Shown piece after piece: positions 9,029 to 17,422 of a DNA stretch of 24,000 nucleotides; within the stretch, counting starts at the first letter, position 1; each line of letters begins with the position of its first letter. A model generated the notes under the pieces. The model saw nothing but the letters and a program-made list of their open reading frames with translations, was not told where the DNA came from and did not search any database. Source of the DNA: Sulfurirhabdus sp. (GTDB taxonomy: Bacteria > Pseudomonadota > Gammaproteobacteria > Burkholderiales > SMCO01); the NCBI GenBank assembly GCA_043759595.1, contig JAYVLG010000071.1:5495-29494 (forward strand). Direction: 5' to 3'. The position numbers were made by a program, and so were the translations under genes.

Positions 9029-9871
9029 TTAACCAAACAACCTTGCCAGCTCCTGACCCGGATCAGAGGCGCGCATGAATGCTTCACCGACGAGGAAGGT
9101 GTGGACGTTGTGATTACGCATGAGTGCGACGTCTTCTGGTTTGTGAATGCCGCTTTCGGTGACGACTATTCGGTCCGCAGGGATGTTTGACAACAATTCG
9201 AGGGTGGTTTCGAGGCGGGTTTCGAAGGTGCGCAAGTTTCGATTGTTGATGCCAATCAGGGGGGTGGTGAGTTGCAGGGCGATATCCAGTTCGGTGCTGT
9301 CGTGTACTTCTACCAGTACGGCCATGCCTAGTTTATGGGCTAGTTTCTCCAGTTCCTGCATGGCGGCAAGATTGAAGGTTGCGGCACCCTCTCCCCTGCC
9401 CTCTCCCATCGAGGGAGAGGGGGTTTGAAAGGCGGCGACTATGATCAATATGGCATCGGCTCCCATTGCGCGGGCTTCGTAGACTTGATACGGGTCTATC
9501 ATGAAATCTTTGCGCAATACTGGCAGGTTACAGGCTGCGCGGGCTTGTTTGAGATATTCTGCATTCCCCTGAAAAAATTGCTCGTCTGTTAATACAGACA
9601 GGCAAGCTGCACCATGTTGGGCGTAGCTTTGTGCAATTTCGGCGGGATTGAAATTTTCGCGTAGCAGGCCTTTGCTGGGGCTGGCTTTTTTGATTTCTGA
9701 AATAACAGCTGATTTGTCGGCCTGAATTTTGTTGCGAATGGCGGCTACAAAATCTCTTGGAGCGGGTTGTGCCTGGGCTTCTGCCTTGACCGCGTGTAAC
9801 GGTTTTGCGACTTTTGCTGTGGCTACTTCTTGCGCTTTGACGGAGAGGATTTTATTTAGGATATCGGACAT
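9029..9871 (-). CDS. trpC: Indole-3-glycerol-phosphate synthase (carries an in-frame repeat insertion)
   Basis: 280-aa ORF; [40 protein letters not shown] motifs; extra [17 protein letters not shown] after ILIIVAA. Confidence 0.96.
   Translation of the reverse strand: MSDILNKILSVKAQEVATAKVAKPLHAVKAEAQAQPAPRDFVAAIRNKIQADKSAVISEIKKASPSKGLLRENFNPAEIAQSYAQHGAACLSVLTDEQFFQGNAEYLKQARAACNLPVLRKDFMIDPYQVYEARAMGADAILIIVAAFQTPSPSMGEGRGEGAATFNLAAMQELEKLAHKLGMAVLVEVHDSTELDIALQLTTPLIGINNRNLRTFETRLETTLELLSNIPADRIVVTESGIHKPEDVALMRNHNVHTFLVGEAFMRASDPGQELARLFG
9380..9430 (-). repeat. Family B palindromic repeat inserted in frame in trpC
   Basis: ACCCTCTCCCCTGCCCTCTCCCATCGAGGGAGAGGGGGTTT (9386-9426) is 39/41 identical to 12096-12136. 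Confidence 0.88.
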
Positions 9872-9881
9872 AGTTTTTATT

Positions 9882-9899
9882 CACCGCAAAGGCGCAGAG
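9882..9899 (+). repeat. Partial family A repeat upstream of trpC
   Basis: CACCGCAAAGGCGCAGAG. Confidence 0.6.
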
Positions 9900-9974
9900 T
9901 AATTTAAATTAAGTTCAAGTACACCGGCACAAGAGTTACACATTATATTGCTCATATTTCCTAGCATGGTATTT

Positions 9975-10406
9975 TTAACCGCAGAGGCGCGGAGGCGCAG
10001 AGGTTTCTTGGAGCTGGTTCACTAGTCTCTTAATTCCAAGCTTTAGAATGGGAACATTGAAATTAATTAGCAGCCCTACGGTGCATGGGTATAGTTTGAG
10101 ATAGGTTAGCAACTGCGCTTCATGAATTGGGGCTAGTTTTTCGACTGTTTTAAGTTCAATGATTACGCTTCCTTCAACAACCAAATCCAGCATATAACCA
10201 CAATCCAGTTTTATATTCTTATAGCTGACTGGCAACGCTACTTGCCTGCGAAAACTGAGGCCTTGGCTGGATATTTCATAGCACAGGCACTCTTCATAGG
10301 CAGATTCCAACAGTCCGGGGCCTAGCGTACGGTGCACTTCAATTGCGCAACCAATGATCGCCTCGGTAATTTGGTTTTCACTCTGCGCCTCTGCGCCTCC
10401 GCGGTT
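9975..10406. mobile_element. Putative cassette with family A terminal inverted repeats carrying the GxxExxY gene
   Basis: Left end TTAACCGCAGAGGCGCGGAGGCGCAGAG (9975-10002); right end CTCTGCGCCTCTGCGCCTCCGCGGTT (10381-10406), inverted near-identical; ORF spans from one repeat to the other. Confidence 0.5.
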
Positions 10407-10409
10407 CAT
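9975..10409 (-). CDS. GxxExxY family protein (PDDEXK_3-like nuclease fold)
   Basis: 144-aa ORF: [34 protein letters not shown]...; [26 protein letters not shown]...[11 protein letters not shown] typical of GxxExxY proteins. Confidence 0.9.
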   Translation of the reverse strand: MNRGGAEAQSENQITEAIIGCAIEVHRTLGPGLLESAYEECLCYEISSQGLSFRRQVALPVSYKNIKLDCGYMLDLVVEGSVIIELKTVEKLAPIHEAQLLTYLKLYPCTVGLLINFNVPILKLGIKRLVNQLQETSAPPRLCG

Positions 10410-11434
10410 TGCACTTTAAACTGATTTGAAAATGCTACCAGTTGTTGCAACTTGGCTTTGGCTGCTCCGTTTTCCAAAACTGCTTGGGCTTTTGCGACCC
10501 CTTCAGCCAGCGTGTCCGCCAGACCGGATGTGTATATTGCCGCGCCTGCATTAAGAGCTACGATATCGCGCGCCGAGCCGGGCTGATTTTCAAGCGCTGT
10601 CATCAACATGGCTTGAGCTTCTTCCAGATTGTGCACTTCCAGCGTGCTGGAACTGCTGGTGGCCAGGCCAAACTGGGCTGGGTTCAATATATATTCTTTT
10701 ACGTTACCGTCTTTCAGTTCTGCTACGTAGGTATCTCCCGCCAGGGAAATTTCATCGAGGCCATCTGCGGCATGCACGACCATGACATGGCGGCTACCCA
10801 GTTCTTTCAGGACATGGGCCAGCTTGCCTACCAGATCTTTGCTGAACACCCCCATCACCTGATTTTTTGCACCGGCTGGGTTGGTCATTGGGCCCAGTAA
10901 ATTGAACAAGGTACGCACACCCAGCTCCCGACGCACAGGTGCTGCATGTTTCATGGCGCTGTGGTGGTTGGGGGCAAACATGAAGCCGACACCGATTTCT
11001 TTTACCGATTGCGCGACCTGATCCGGGGTGACATTCACATTCACACCCAGCACTTCCAGTACATCGGCACTGCCACAAGTACTGGATACAGAACGTCCAC
11101 CATGCTTGGCAACTTTGGCGCCTGCTGCGGCGGCGACCAGTGCGCTGGCTGTGGAGATATTAAAGGTATGGGTGCCATCGCCACCGGTGCCGCAGGTGTC
11201 AACGACATGTTCCAGATCTTGCAGGGGTACTTTGGTGGCCAGTTCACGCATTACGTGGGCTGCGGCAGCGAGTTCGGTGACAGTTTCGCCTTTGCAGCGC
11301 AAGCCGATCAGTATGCCGGCAATTTGTACGGGGGTCATTTCGCCCCCCATGATTTGCTGCATGACTGCGAGCATTTCTTCGCGGGTGAGGTCGCGTTTTT
11401 CTATTAAGGCTGTAATTGCGGTTTTAGCGTCCAT
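10406..11434 (-). CDS. trpD: Anthranilate phosphoribosyltransferase
   Basis: 342-aa ORF with [21 protein letters not shown] and KHGGRSVSS motifs. Confidence 0.97.
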   Translation of the reverse strand: MDAKTAITALIEKRDLTREEMLAVMQQIMGGEMTPVQIAGILIGLRCKGETVTELAAAAHVMRELATKVPLQDLEHVVDTCGTGGDGTHTFNISTASALVAAAAGAKVAKHGGRSVSSTCGSADVLEVLGVNVNVTPDQVAQSVKEIGVGFMFAPNHHSAMKHAAPVRRELGVRTLFNLLGPMTNPAGAKNQVMGVFSKDLVGKLAHVLKELGSRHVMVVHAADGLDEISLAGDTYVAELKDGNVKEYILNPAQFGLATSSSSTLEVHNLEEAQAMLMTALENQPGSARDIVALNAGAAIYTSGLADTLAEGVAKAQAVLENGAAKAKLQQLVAFSNQFKVQ

Positions 11435-11457
11435 TTATATTGCACCTGTTATTTTAC

Positions 11458-11493
11458 TCCCTCTCCCTTGATGGGAGAGGGCTGGGGAGAGGG
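11458..11493. repeat. Family B palindromic repeat
   Basis: TCCCTCTCCCTTGATGGGAGAGGCTGGGGAGAGGG, inverted relative to the trpC and DUF559 copies. Confidence 0.8.
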
Positions 11494-11563
11494 TGGAGAA
11501 ATAACGTTGGTTCGCCCCCTCTTCCTGTCCTTCTCCCACGAGGGGAGAAGGGACCTGCTAATC

Positions 11564-11708
11564 AGTTCTCATCCGGAAACATCTGTTTTTTCCTCCCCCT
11601 TGATGGGGGAAAGCCAGGGAGAGGATGGTAACGCCTTGAAATTTAACCCCTATCCCCAGCCCTCTCCCACAAGGGGAGAGGGAGATGTAGTGTTTCCGGA
11701 TGGGAACT
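11564..11708. mobile_element. MITE-like element, ~145 bp, with AGTTCTCATCCGGAAAC termini
   Basis: AGTTCTCATCCGGAAAC (11564-11580) and GTTTCCGGATGGGAACT (11692-11708), 16/17 inverted match; same termini as 18640-18712. Confidence 0.7.
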
Positions 11709-11750
11709 AATTAATATGATCTTATAATGCCGACACCCAAGCTTTTGGCT

Positions 11751-12122
11751 CTACCGCATTAAATGTTGGGTAATGACATCCCATACACCATCCATATTCT
11801 GCAACACATCATGATTCCAGAATCTTAACACTTCAAACCCTTGTGATTGGAGCCAGCTTGTCCTTGTTTCGTCTTTTATTTCATGCACTGGGTCTGCATG
11901 TTTGCCCCCATCCAGCTCTACCACCAATTTTTTCTCGAAGCAGACAAAATCTACCACATAGTTGCCTATGGGTTGCTGCCGTTTGAATTTGCATCCATGC
12001 AACTGTTTGGCTCGCAGTTGCTGCCATAGCTTTTTTTCAGCTTCGGTGATGTTTTTTCTTAGCTGTTTGGCTATGTCGGTTAAATGGTTTGGCACACCCT
12101 CTCCCCTGCCCTCTCCCATCAA
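11751..12122 (-). CDS. DUF559 / VSR-like endonuclease domain protein
   Basis: 123-aa ORF: LRKNITEAEKKLWQQLRAKQLHGCKFKRQQPIGNYVVDFVCFEKKLVVELDGGKHADPVHEIKDETRTSWLQSQGFEVLRFWNHDVLQN. Confidence 0.92.
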   Translation of the reverse strand: MMGEGRGEGVPNHLTDIAKQLRKNITEAEKKLWQQLRAKQLHGCKFKRQQPIGNYVVDFVCFEKKLVVELDGGKHADPVHEIKDETRTSWLQSQGFEVLRFWNHDVLQNMDGVWDVITQHLMR

Positions 12123-12136
12123 GGGAGAGGGAGTTT
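12096..12136 (-). repeat. Family B repeat forming the start of the DUF559 ORF and abutting the trpG stop
   Basis: 39/41 identity to trpC-internal copy; encodes MMGEGRGEG. Confidence 0.85.
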
Positions 12137-12704
12137 AAGTGCCTCCGCGCAGAAAATTAGCCAGCATTTCGTGCCCGTATTCGGTAAGTATGGATTCCGG
12201 GTGGAATTGCACGCCTTCTACGGCCAGGGTTTTATGACGCACGCCCATGATTTCCTGATCTTCTGTCCAGGCAGTGATTTCCAGGCAATCTGGCAAGCTT
12301 TCACGTTCGATCACCAATGAATGATAGCGTGTGGCATTGAACGGGTTTGCCAAACCTTTAAACACGCCGATATCTTTGTGATATACCTGTGAGGTTTTGC
12401 CATGCATGAGCTGTTTGGCATGGACTATCTTGCCGCCGAATGCCTGGCCGATACTCTGATGCCCCAGACAGACACCTAAAATAGGCGTCTTTCCTGCAAA
12501 CTGCTTTATTAACGGTACGGAAATGCCGGCTTCGTTGGGTGTGCAGGGGCCGGGAGAAATGACAATATGGGTGGGGTTCAATACGGCCACCTGATTCAGG
12601 TCTATTTCATCATTTCGGTACACCACGACTTCCTGGTTTAACTCTCCAAAATACTGAACGAGGTTGTAGGTGAAGGAGTCGTAATTGTCGATCATTAACA
12701 GCAT
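12135..12704 (-). CDS. trpG: Anthranilate synthase component II (glutamine amidotransferase)
   Basis: 189-aa ORF: [43 protein letters not shown]. Confidence 0.97.
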   Translation of the reverse strand: MLLMIDNYDSFTYNLVQYFGELNQEVVVYRNDEIDLNQVAVLNPTHIVISPGPCTPNEAGISVPLIKQFAGKTPILGVCLGHQSIGQAFGGKIVHAKQLMHGKTSQVYHKDIGVFKGLANPFNATRYHSLVIERESLPDCLEITAWTEDQEIMGVRHKTLAVEGVQFHPESILTEYGHEMLANFLRGGT

Positions 12705-12797
12705 ATTTTTTCACCACAGCGGCACAGAGGCATAGAGAAAGTCAAAACCATTATTTGAATCTCTTTGATTCGTTTTTTAGCATTGAGCGAGTTGGCA

Positions 12798-14276
12798 TTA
12801 GTCATGGGCTGTTTCCCCCAATCCGGCGAGTACCAGTTCTGCGGCACGTAGCACGGCCCGGGCTTTATTCTGGGTTTCTGTCCATTCGCTTTGTGGTACG
12901 GAATCCGCCACGATGCCGGCGCCAGCCTGGACGTACAGGGTGTCATCCTGAATCACAGCTGTGCGGATGGCGATGGCTAAATCCATGTCACCATTAAATC
13001 CCAGATAACCGACTGCGCCAGCGTAAACACCGCGTTTGGTAGGTTCCAGTTCGTCGATAATTTCCATGGCGCGCACTTTGGCTGCGCCGGACACCGTTCC
13101 GGCCGGGAAGGTGGCGCGCAGTACGTCCATATTATTGAGGCCGGGTTTTAGCTTGGCTTCTACATTGGAAACAATGTGCATCACATGGGAATAATGTTCG
13201 ATATTCATGTTTTCCGTGACTTTGACGCTGCCTGTCTGCGCTACCCGTCCAATGTCGTTGCGACCCAGATCCATCAGCATGAGGTGCTCAGCCAGTTCTT
13301 TGGGATCGGACAGCAAGTCTTTGGCCAAGGCTTCATCTTCTTCACGGGTAATGCCACGAGGGCGAGTACCGGCTATAGGTCTGACAGTGACTTCATCGCC
13401 TTCCTGGCGCACCAGAATTTCTGGCGAGGCACCAACCACATGGAAACCGCCCATGTCGTAATAAAACATGTACGGAGAAGGATTGAGGCTACGCAATGCG
13501 CGATACAAGGAAAGGGGTGAAGCAATAAATGGCTGGCTCATGCGTTGCGACAGCACAACCTGCATGATGTCGCCGTCAAAAATATATTGCTTGGCGCGCT
13601 CAACGGCTGCTTTGAAAGCGTCTTCACCAAATTCGGATACCGCTTGCACTGGCCCAACCGGCGCATGTAATGAAGCATCTACCGGCCGACTCAGGTTCCT
13701 GCCCAATTCATGCAAGCGTTGCTGTGCCAGCAAATAGGCATCAGGAACAAACGGGTCTGCATACACAATCAGATAGAGCTTGCCGGAAAGATTATCTACG
13801 ACAGCCAATTCTTCTGACAAAAGCAGCAAAATGTCCGGCATGTGGAGCGTATCGGGCTTGCTGGATTTGGCTAGTTTTGGCTCAATGTAACGAACGGTGT
13901 CGTAGCCAAAGTAACCTACCAGACCACCCCCGAACCGGGGCAGCCCAGGGCGGGGAGCAACATTGAAGCGCTGCATGTAGTCGCTGATGAAGGCCAGCGG
14001 ATCAGCGACGTCCTGTTGTTCCAGAATGCCTTCGTTATTTTCTACAGTGACCAGATGGCCATGCACACGAATGCGGGTTTTGGCAGGCAGGCCGATAAAT
14101 GAGTAGCGACCAAAACGTTCGCCCCCCTGCACGGATTCCAGCAGGTAGGAGAAAGGCTGATTCGCCAGTTTGAGATAAACCGATAAAGGCGTGTCCAGAT
14201 CGGACAGCATTTCTTTTACCAGCGGAATCCGGTTGTAGCCCTGACGGGCCAGTTCGATAAATTCTTGTTCAGTCAT
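12798..14276 (-). CDS. trpE: Anthranilate synthase component I
   Basis: 492-aa ORF: [69 protein letters not shown]. Confidence 0.97.
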   Translation of the reverse strand: MTEQEFIELARQGYNRIPLVKEMLSDLDTPLSVYLKLANQPFSYLLESVQGGERFGRYSFIGLPAKTRIRVHGHLVTVENNEGILEQQDVADPLAFISDYMQRFNVAPRPGLPRFGGGLVGYFGYDTVRYIEPKLAKSSKPDTLHMPDILLLLSEELAVVDNLSGKLYLIVYADPFVPDAYLLAQQRLHELGRNLSRPVDASLHAPVGPVQAVSEFGEDAFKAAVERAKQYIFDGDIMQVVLSQRMSQPFIASPLSLYRALRSLNPSPYMFYYDMGGFHVVGASPEILVRQEGDEVTVRPIAGTRPRGITREEDEALAKDLLSDPKELAEHLMLMDLGRNDIGRVAQTGSVKVTENMNIEHYSHVMHIVSNVEAKLKPGLNNMDVLRATFPAGTVSGAAKVRAMEIIDELEPTKRGVYAGAVGYLGFNGDMDLAIAIRTAVIQDDTLYVQAGAGIVADSVPQSEWTETQNKARAVLRAAELVLAGLGETAHD

Positions 14277-14281
14277 GATTT

Positions 14282-14420
14282 TTCACCACAGAGACAATGA
14301 GACACAGAGAAAACGTTAAATACAAACCATCCGGCTTGCGCCAAACGTAAGCACAAAAGGACAGCATCGCCATGATGCTGCCTTTGTACTGATTTGTGCC
14401 TCTGCGCCTTTGTGGTTCAC
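14282..14420. repeat. Diverged family A inverted pair between gph and trpE
   Basis: TTCACCACAGAGACAATGAGACACAGAG (14282-14309) and GTGCCTCTGCGCCTTTGTGGTTCA (14396-14419), inverted, ~139 bp like 8861-8999. Confidence 0.6.
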
Positions 14421-14424
14421 GCCA

Positions 14425-15111
14425 TTAAGCCTTTTTAATAAGCTTGACTGCATCCAGCAGCGTTGGCACAACTGCATCCAGATCCAATTCATCCACACTG
14501 CGCCCACGGTTATAACCATAAGGGACGCAGAATACATGACACTTTGCTGCTCGTGCAGCCTGGGTATCATTGAGCGAATCACCGATCAGGAGCAGCTCCT
14601 GCGGGGTAATGCCGAAATGTTCGCAGGCATGCAGCAAAGGCATCGGGTCGGGTTTCTTTTTAGGTAACGTATCACCAGAAAGAATCAGCTCGAAATAATC
14701 GAACAGCCCGGTATCTTTCAACAGCGGCACCGTGAATTTTTCTGCCTTGTTGGTAATACATGCCATGCGGTAACCTGCCTGTTTCATGGCTTGCAACCCT
14801 TCCACTACGCCGGGGAAAGGGCGACTTTGTGCACTGACCACTTGCATATAGTGCTTTTCGTAGACGGGCAGTGCACGGCCGAACAATTCTGCATCGGGTT
14901 CAGCCGTCATATCACGCGTCAGTACGCGCTTTACCAGCCGAGATACGCCATTTCCAATATAGCTTTTTACTGTATCCAGATCAATTGCCGGCAATGCCAG
15001 TTCACTGGCCATACGGGTTGCTGCTTCAGCCAGATCCGGGGCGGTATGCAGCAATGTACCATCCAGATCAATTACGACCGCTTTTACTGCAATAGGAAAC
15101 TTTTCTTGCAT
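14425..15111 (-). CDS. gph: Phosphoglycolate phosphatase (HAD family)
   Basis: 228-aa ORF: VVIDLDGTLLHTAPDLAEA, GLDxD HAD motifs, KPDPMPLLHACEHF, GDSLND. Confidence 0.93.
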   Translation of the reverse strand: MQEKFPIAVKAVVIDLDGTLLHTAPDLAEAATRMASELALPAIDLDTVKSYIGNGVSRLVKRVLTRDMTAEPDAELFGRALPVYEKHYMQVVSAQSRPFPGVVEGLQAMKQAGYRMACITNKAEKFTVPLLKDTGLFDYFELILSGDTLPKKKPDPMPLLHACEHFGITPQELLLIGDSLNDTQAARAAKCHVFCVPYGYNRGRSVDELDLDAVVPTLLDAVKLIKKA

Positions 15112-15176
15112 TTGATCATAGCCTTTATTGCGACTGAGAACGCTTACGCATTCTTAGTCAGTATTGTTTGAATATT

Positions 15177-15860
15177 TTAAACTTTTGCCAGTTCAGCGCG
15201 CATTTCTGCGATCACTGTTTCGTAGCGATGCGGATCGCTGTCTTTCCCAGCACCGTAGACAGCTGAACCCGCTACAAAGGTATCTGCACCTGCGCGAGCG
15301 ATTTCGGCAATGTTATTGACCTTTACGCCACCGTCCACTTCCAGCCAGATATCTTTGCCGGTTGCATCGATCAATTTTCGCACCGTGCGCAATTTGTTCA
15401 GCGCCTCAGGGATGAAAGACTGGCCGCCGAATCCGGGGTTAACCGACATAATCAGTACCATATCCAGCTTTTCCAGCACGTGATCCAGATAATGCAACGG
15501 GGTGCCTGGGTTAAATACCATGCCGGCTTTGCAACCACATTCCTTGATCAGACCAATGGTGCGATCGATATGTTCGGAAGCCTCAGGGTGAAAAGTGATC
15601 ATGTTGGCGCCCGCTTTGGCAAAATCCGGGATGATACGATCCACTGGTTTGACCATCAGGTGCACATCAATCATGGCATCGGTCAGCGGGCGGATTGCTT
15701 CGCACACCAGTGGTCCAATGGTCAAATTGGGGACGTAATGATTGTCCATGACATCAAAATGGATAATGTCTGCGCCGGAGGCGAGGACATCGGTAATTTC
15801 CTGGCCCAGTTTGGCGAAGTTTGCAGATAATATGCTTGGCGCAATTTTAAACTTGGACAT
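15177..15860 (-). CDS. rpe: Ribulose-phosphate 3-epimerase
   Basis: [22 protein letters not shown] ... VDGGVKVNN; start taken at 15860 rather than 15905. Confidence 0.96.
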   Translation of the reverse strand: MSKFKIAPSILSANFAKLGQEITDVLASGADIIHFDVMDNHYVPNLTIGPLVCEAIRPLTDAMIDVHLMVKPVDRIIPDFAKAGANMITFHPEASEHIDRTIGLIKECGCKAGMVFNPGTPLHYLDHVLEKLDMVLIMSVNPGFGGQSFIPEALNKLRTVRKLIDATGKDIWLEVDGGVKVNNIAEIARAGADTFVAGSAVYGAGKDSDPHRYETVIAEMRAELAKV

Positions 15861-16044
15861 GACATCCCCTATAAAGATTGAAAGTTTGATCAAACATAAC
15901 TTCAAATTGCATTATGTTTTCTCTAAACGCAAAAACCTTTATTCTACCTTCAAATAGTTGCGCTGGACATAGGGTGCGATTCCAGAATCAATCAATTTAT
16001 GCAAATCACTTGCGAGTTGACCCATTTTCGTGTGCAATAGCGTT

Positions 16045-16428
16045 ATGGCTGATAGCAAAAAATACGAAATTACCGTGACACCAAAAACCGTTTTCATTCC
16101 CGAGCAATCGGATGAAGATAACAACCGTTATGTGTTCGCTTATACCATGACTATTACCAATACAGGTAACATGGCTGCGCAACTGATTAGCCGTCACTGG
16201 TTAATTACGGATGCAGAGAATCAGGTTCAGGAAGTGCGCGGACTGGGTGTCATTGGTGAACAACCCCTGCTCAAGCCGGGTGAGAGTTTTGAATATTCCA
16301 GCGGTACGGCCATTGCCACGCCTGTTGGCACCATGCGCGGCAGTTACCAGATGGTTGCTGAAGACGGCATTAAATTTGATGCCACCGTGCCTGAATTTAC
16401 CCTGAGCATGCCGCGAGTGCTGCACTAA
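16045..16428 (+). CDS. apaG: Co2+/Mg2+ efflux protein ApaG
   Basis: MADSKKYEITVTPKTVFIPEQS...RHWLITDAENQVQEVRGLGVIGEQPLLKPGESFEYSSGTAIATPVGTMRGSYQM. Confidence 0.95.
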   Translation: MADSKKYEITVTPKTVFIPEQSDEDNNRYVFAYTMTITNTGNMAAQLISRHWLITDAENQVQEVRGLGVIGEQPLLKPGESFEYSSGTAIATPVGTMRGSYQMVAEDGIKFDATVPEFTLSMPRVLH

Positions 16429-16497
16429 CAAGAACCACTTGCGCTGCGTTCTGGCAACATTTCTTTCAATCAGCGCAAACCTTAGCCTTCAGATTTC

Positions 16498-17094
16498 ATG
16501 TCACTGAAATTCAGCTATTCTCTCATTGCTCCATTCTATGATGCCGCCATTGCCGGTGCATCAGCGAACATTCGTAAAAAAAACCTGCTCAACCTGCCCC
16601 AGGATGGCAATCTGTCCATCCTGATCAATGGCATCGGCACGGGGCTCGATATTCCTTATTTGCCTCATGCTCACCATTACACTGGGCTGGATTTGACTGC
16701 TGCCATGCTTAAGCGGGCGAACGCCAGAATCGGAAAATTACGGATTGATTTAGTGCAAGGGAACAGTCTGGCTTTACCGTTTGCAAATGAAAGTTTTGAC
16801 CATGCAGTACTCCACCTGATTTTGGCGGTGGTACCAGACCCGCTGGCATGCCTGAGTGAAACGGCCCGGGTTCTCAAACCCGGAGGCAGCGTATTGCTGC
16901 TGGATAAGTTTCTGAAGCCCAATCAAAAAGCCTGGTTTCGGCGCGCACTTACCCCACTTTCTGCACAGATCGCTACACGTATGGATGTGGTTTTTGAGGA
17001 TGTGCTGGCTTACGTACCGCAACTTAAAGTTATTTCAGATGAACCTGTGCTTGCAGGAGGATGGTTCAGGGCCATTCACCTGATTAAAACCTAG
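16498..17094 (+). CDS. Class I SAM-dependent methyltransferase
   Basis: 198-aa ORF: NGIGTGLDIPYLPHAHHYTGLDLTAAMLKRA ... FDHAVLHLILAVVPDP ... LKPGGSVLLLDKF. Confidence 0.9.
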   Translation: MSLKFSYSLIAPFYDAAIAGASANIRKKNLLNLPQDGNLSILINGIGTGLDIPYLPHAHHYTGLDLTAAMLKRANARIGKLRIDLVQGNSLALPFANESFDHAVLHLILAVVPDPLACLSETARVLKPGGSVLLLDKFLKPNQKAWFRRALTPLSAQIATRMDVVFEDVLAYVPQLKVISDEPVLAGGWFRAIHLIKT

Positions 17095-17105
17095 ATTGAA
17101 TTGCA

Positions 17106-17354
17106 TTATTTAACCGGGGTAGGCATATTACGGATCAAATCAAGGCGGATTTTCACCATTACTCCTTCCTGATTTTTGACCAGCACATAATCTGCACCAT
17201 TTTCTTCCAGTATGTCCTGCGGAAAAACATTCCCCATATAGGACATACCTGACTGCTCATCCTGCCAATGCAAATTCATGGACTCATTGCACATGATCGC
17301 AATCGTGAAGCGCTCATGAAAAAAGTGGGGGACGGGGATGTAAGGTTGTGCCAT
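17106..17354 (-). CDS. Small conserved-looking protein, possibly Rof/YaeO-like
   Basis: 82-aa ORF YIPVPHFFHERFTIAIMCNESMNLHWQDEQSG...DILEENGADYVLVKNQEGVMVKIRLDLIRNM; pattern reminiscent of the Rho inhibitor Rof (D-G ... EYL ... IRLD.I). Confidence 0.55.
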   Translation of the reverse strand: MAQPYIPVPHFFHERFTIAIMCNESMNLHWQDEQSGMSYMGNVFPQDILEENGADYVLVKNQEGVMVKIRLDLIRNMPTPVK

Positions 17355-17422
17355 AGCTGTTCTGATATAATCCCAGGATAATTCTTTACAAACATGTCGC
17401 TCATTACTCTATCCAAAATTTC

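Noticed and set aside
10946-11407. 153-aa plus-strand ORF opposite trpD
   Set aside because: Fully antisense to the well-supported trpD; His/Cys-rich composition typical of reverse-frame readthrough.
11440-11710. Plus-strand ORFs MHLLFYSLSLDGRGLGRGW... and MMGEGWGEGGEITLVRPLFLSF...
   Set aside because: They are translations of the palindromic repeats (PLPSxMGEGxGEG), with no independent coding signal.
13176-13966. Plus-strand ORFs of 84-114 aa opposite trpE
   Set aside because: Antisense to highly conserved trpE motifs; spurious.
14277-14424. Tryptophan attenuator / leader peptide upstream of trpE
   Set aside because: A candidate peptide there would contain just one Trp codon and there is no terminator-antiterminator pair; the segment is better explained by the diverged repeat pair.
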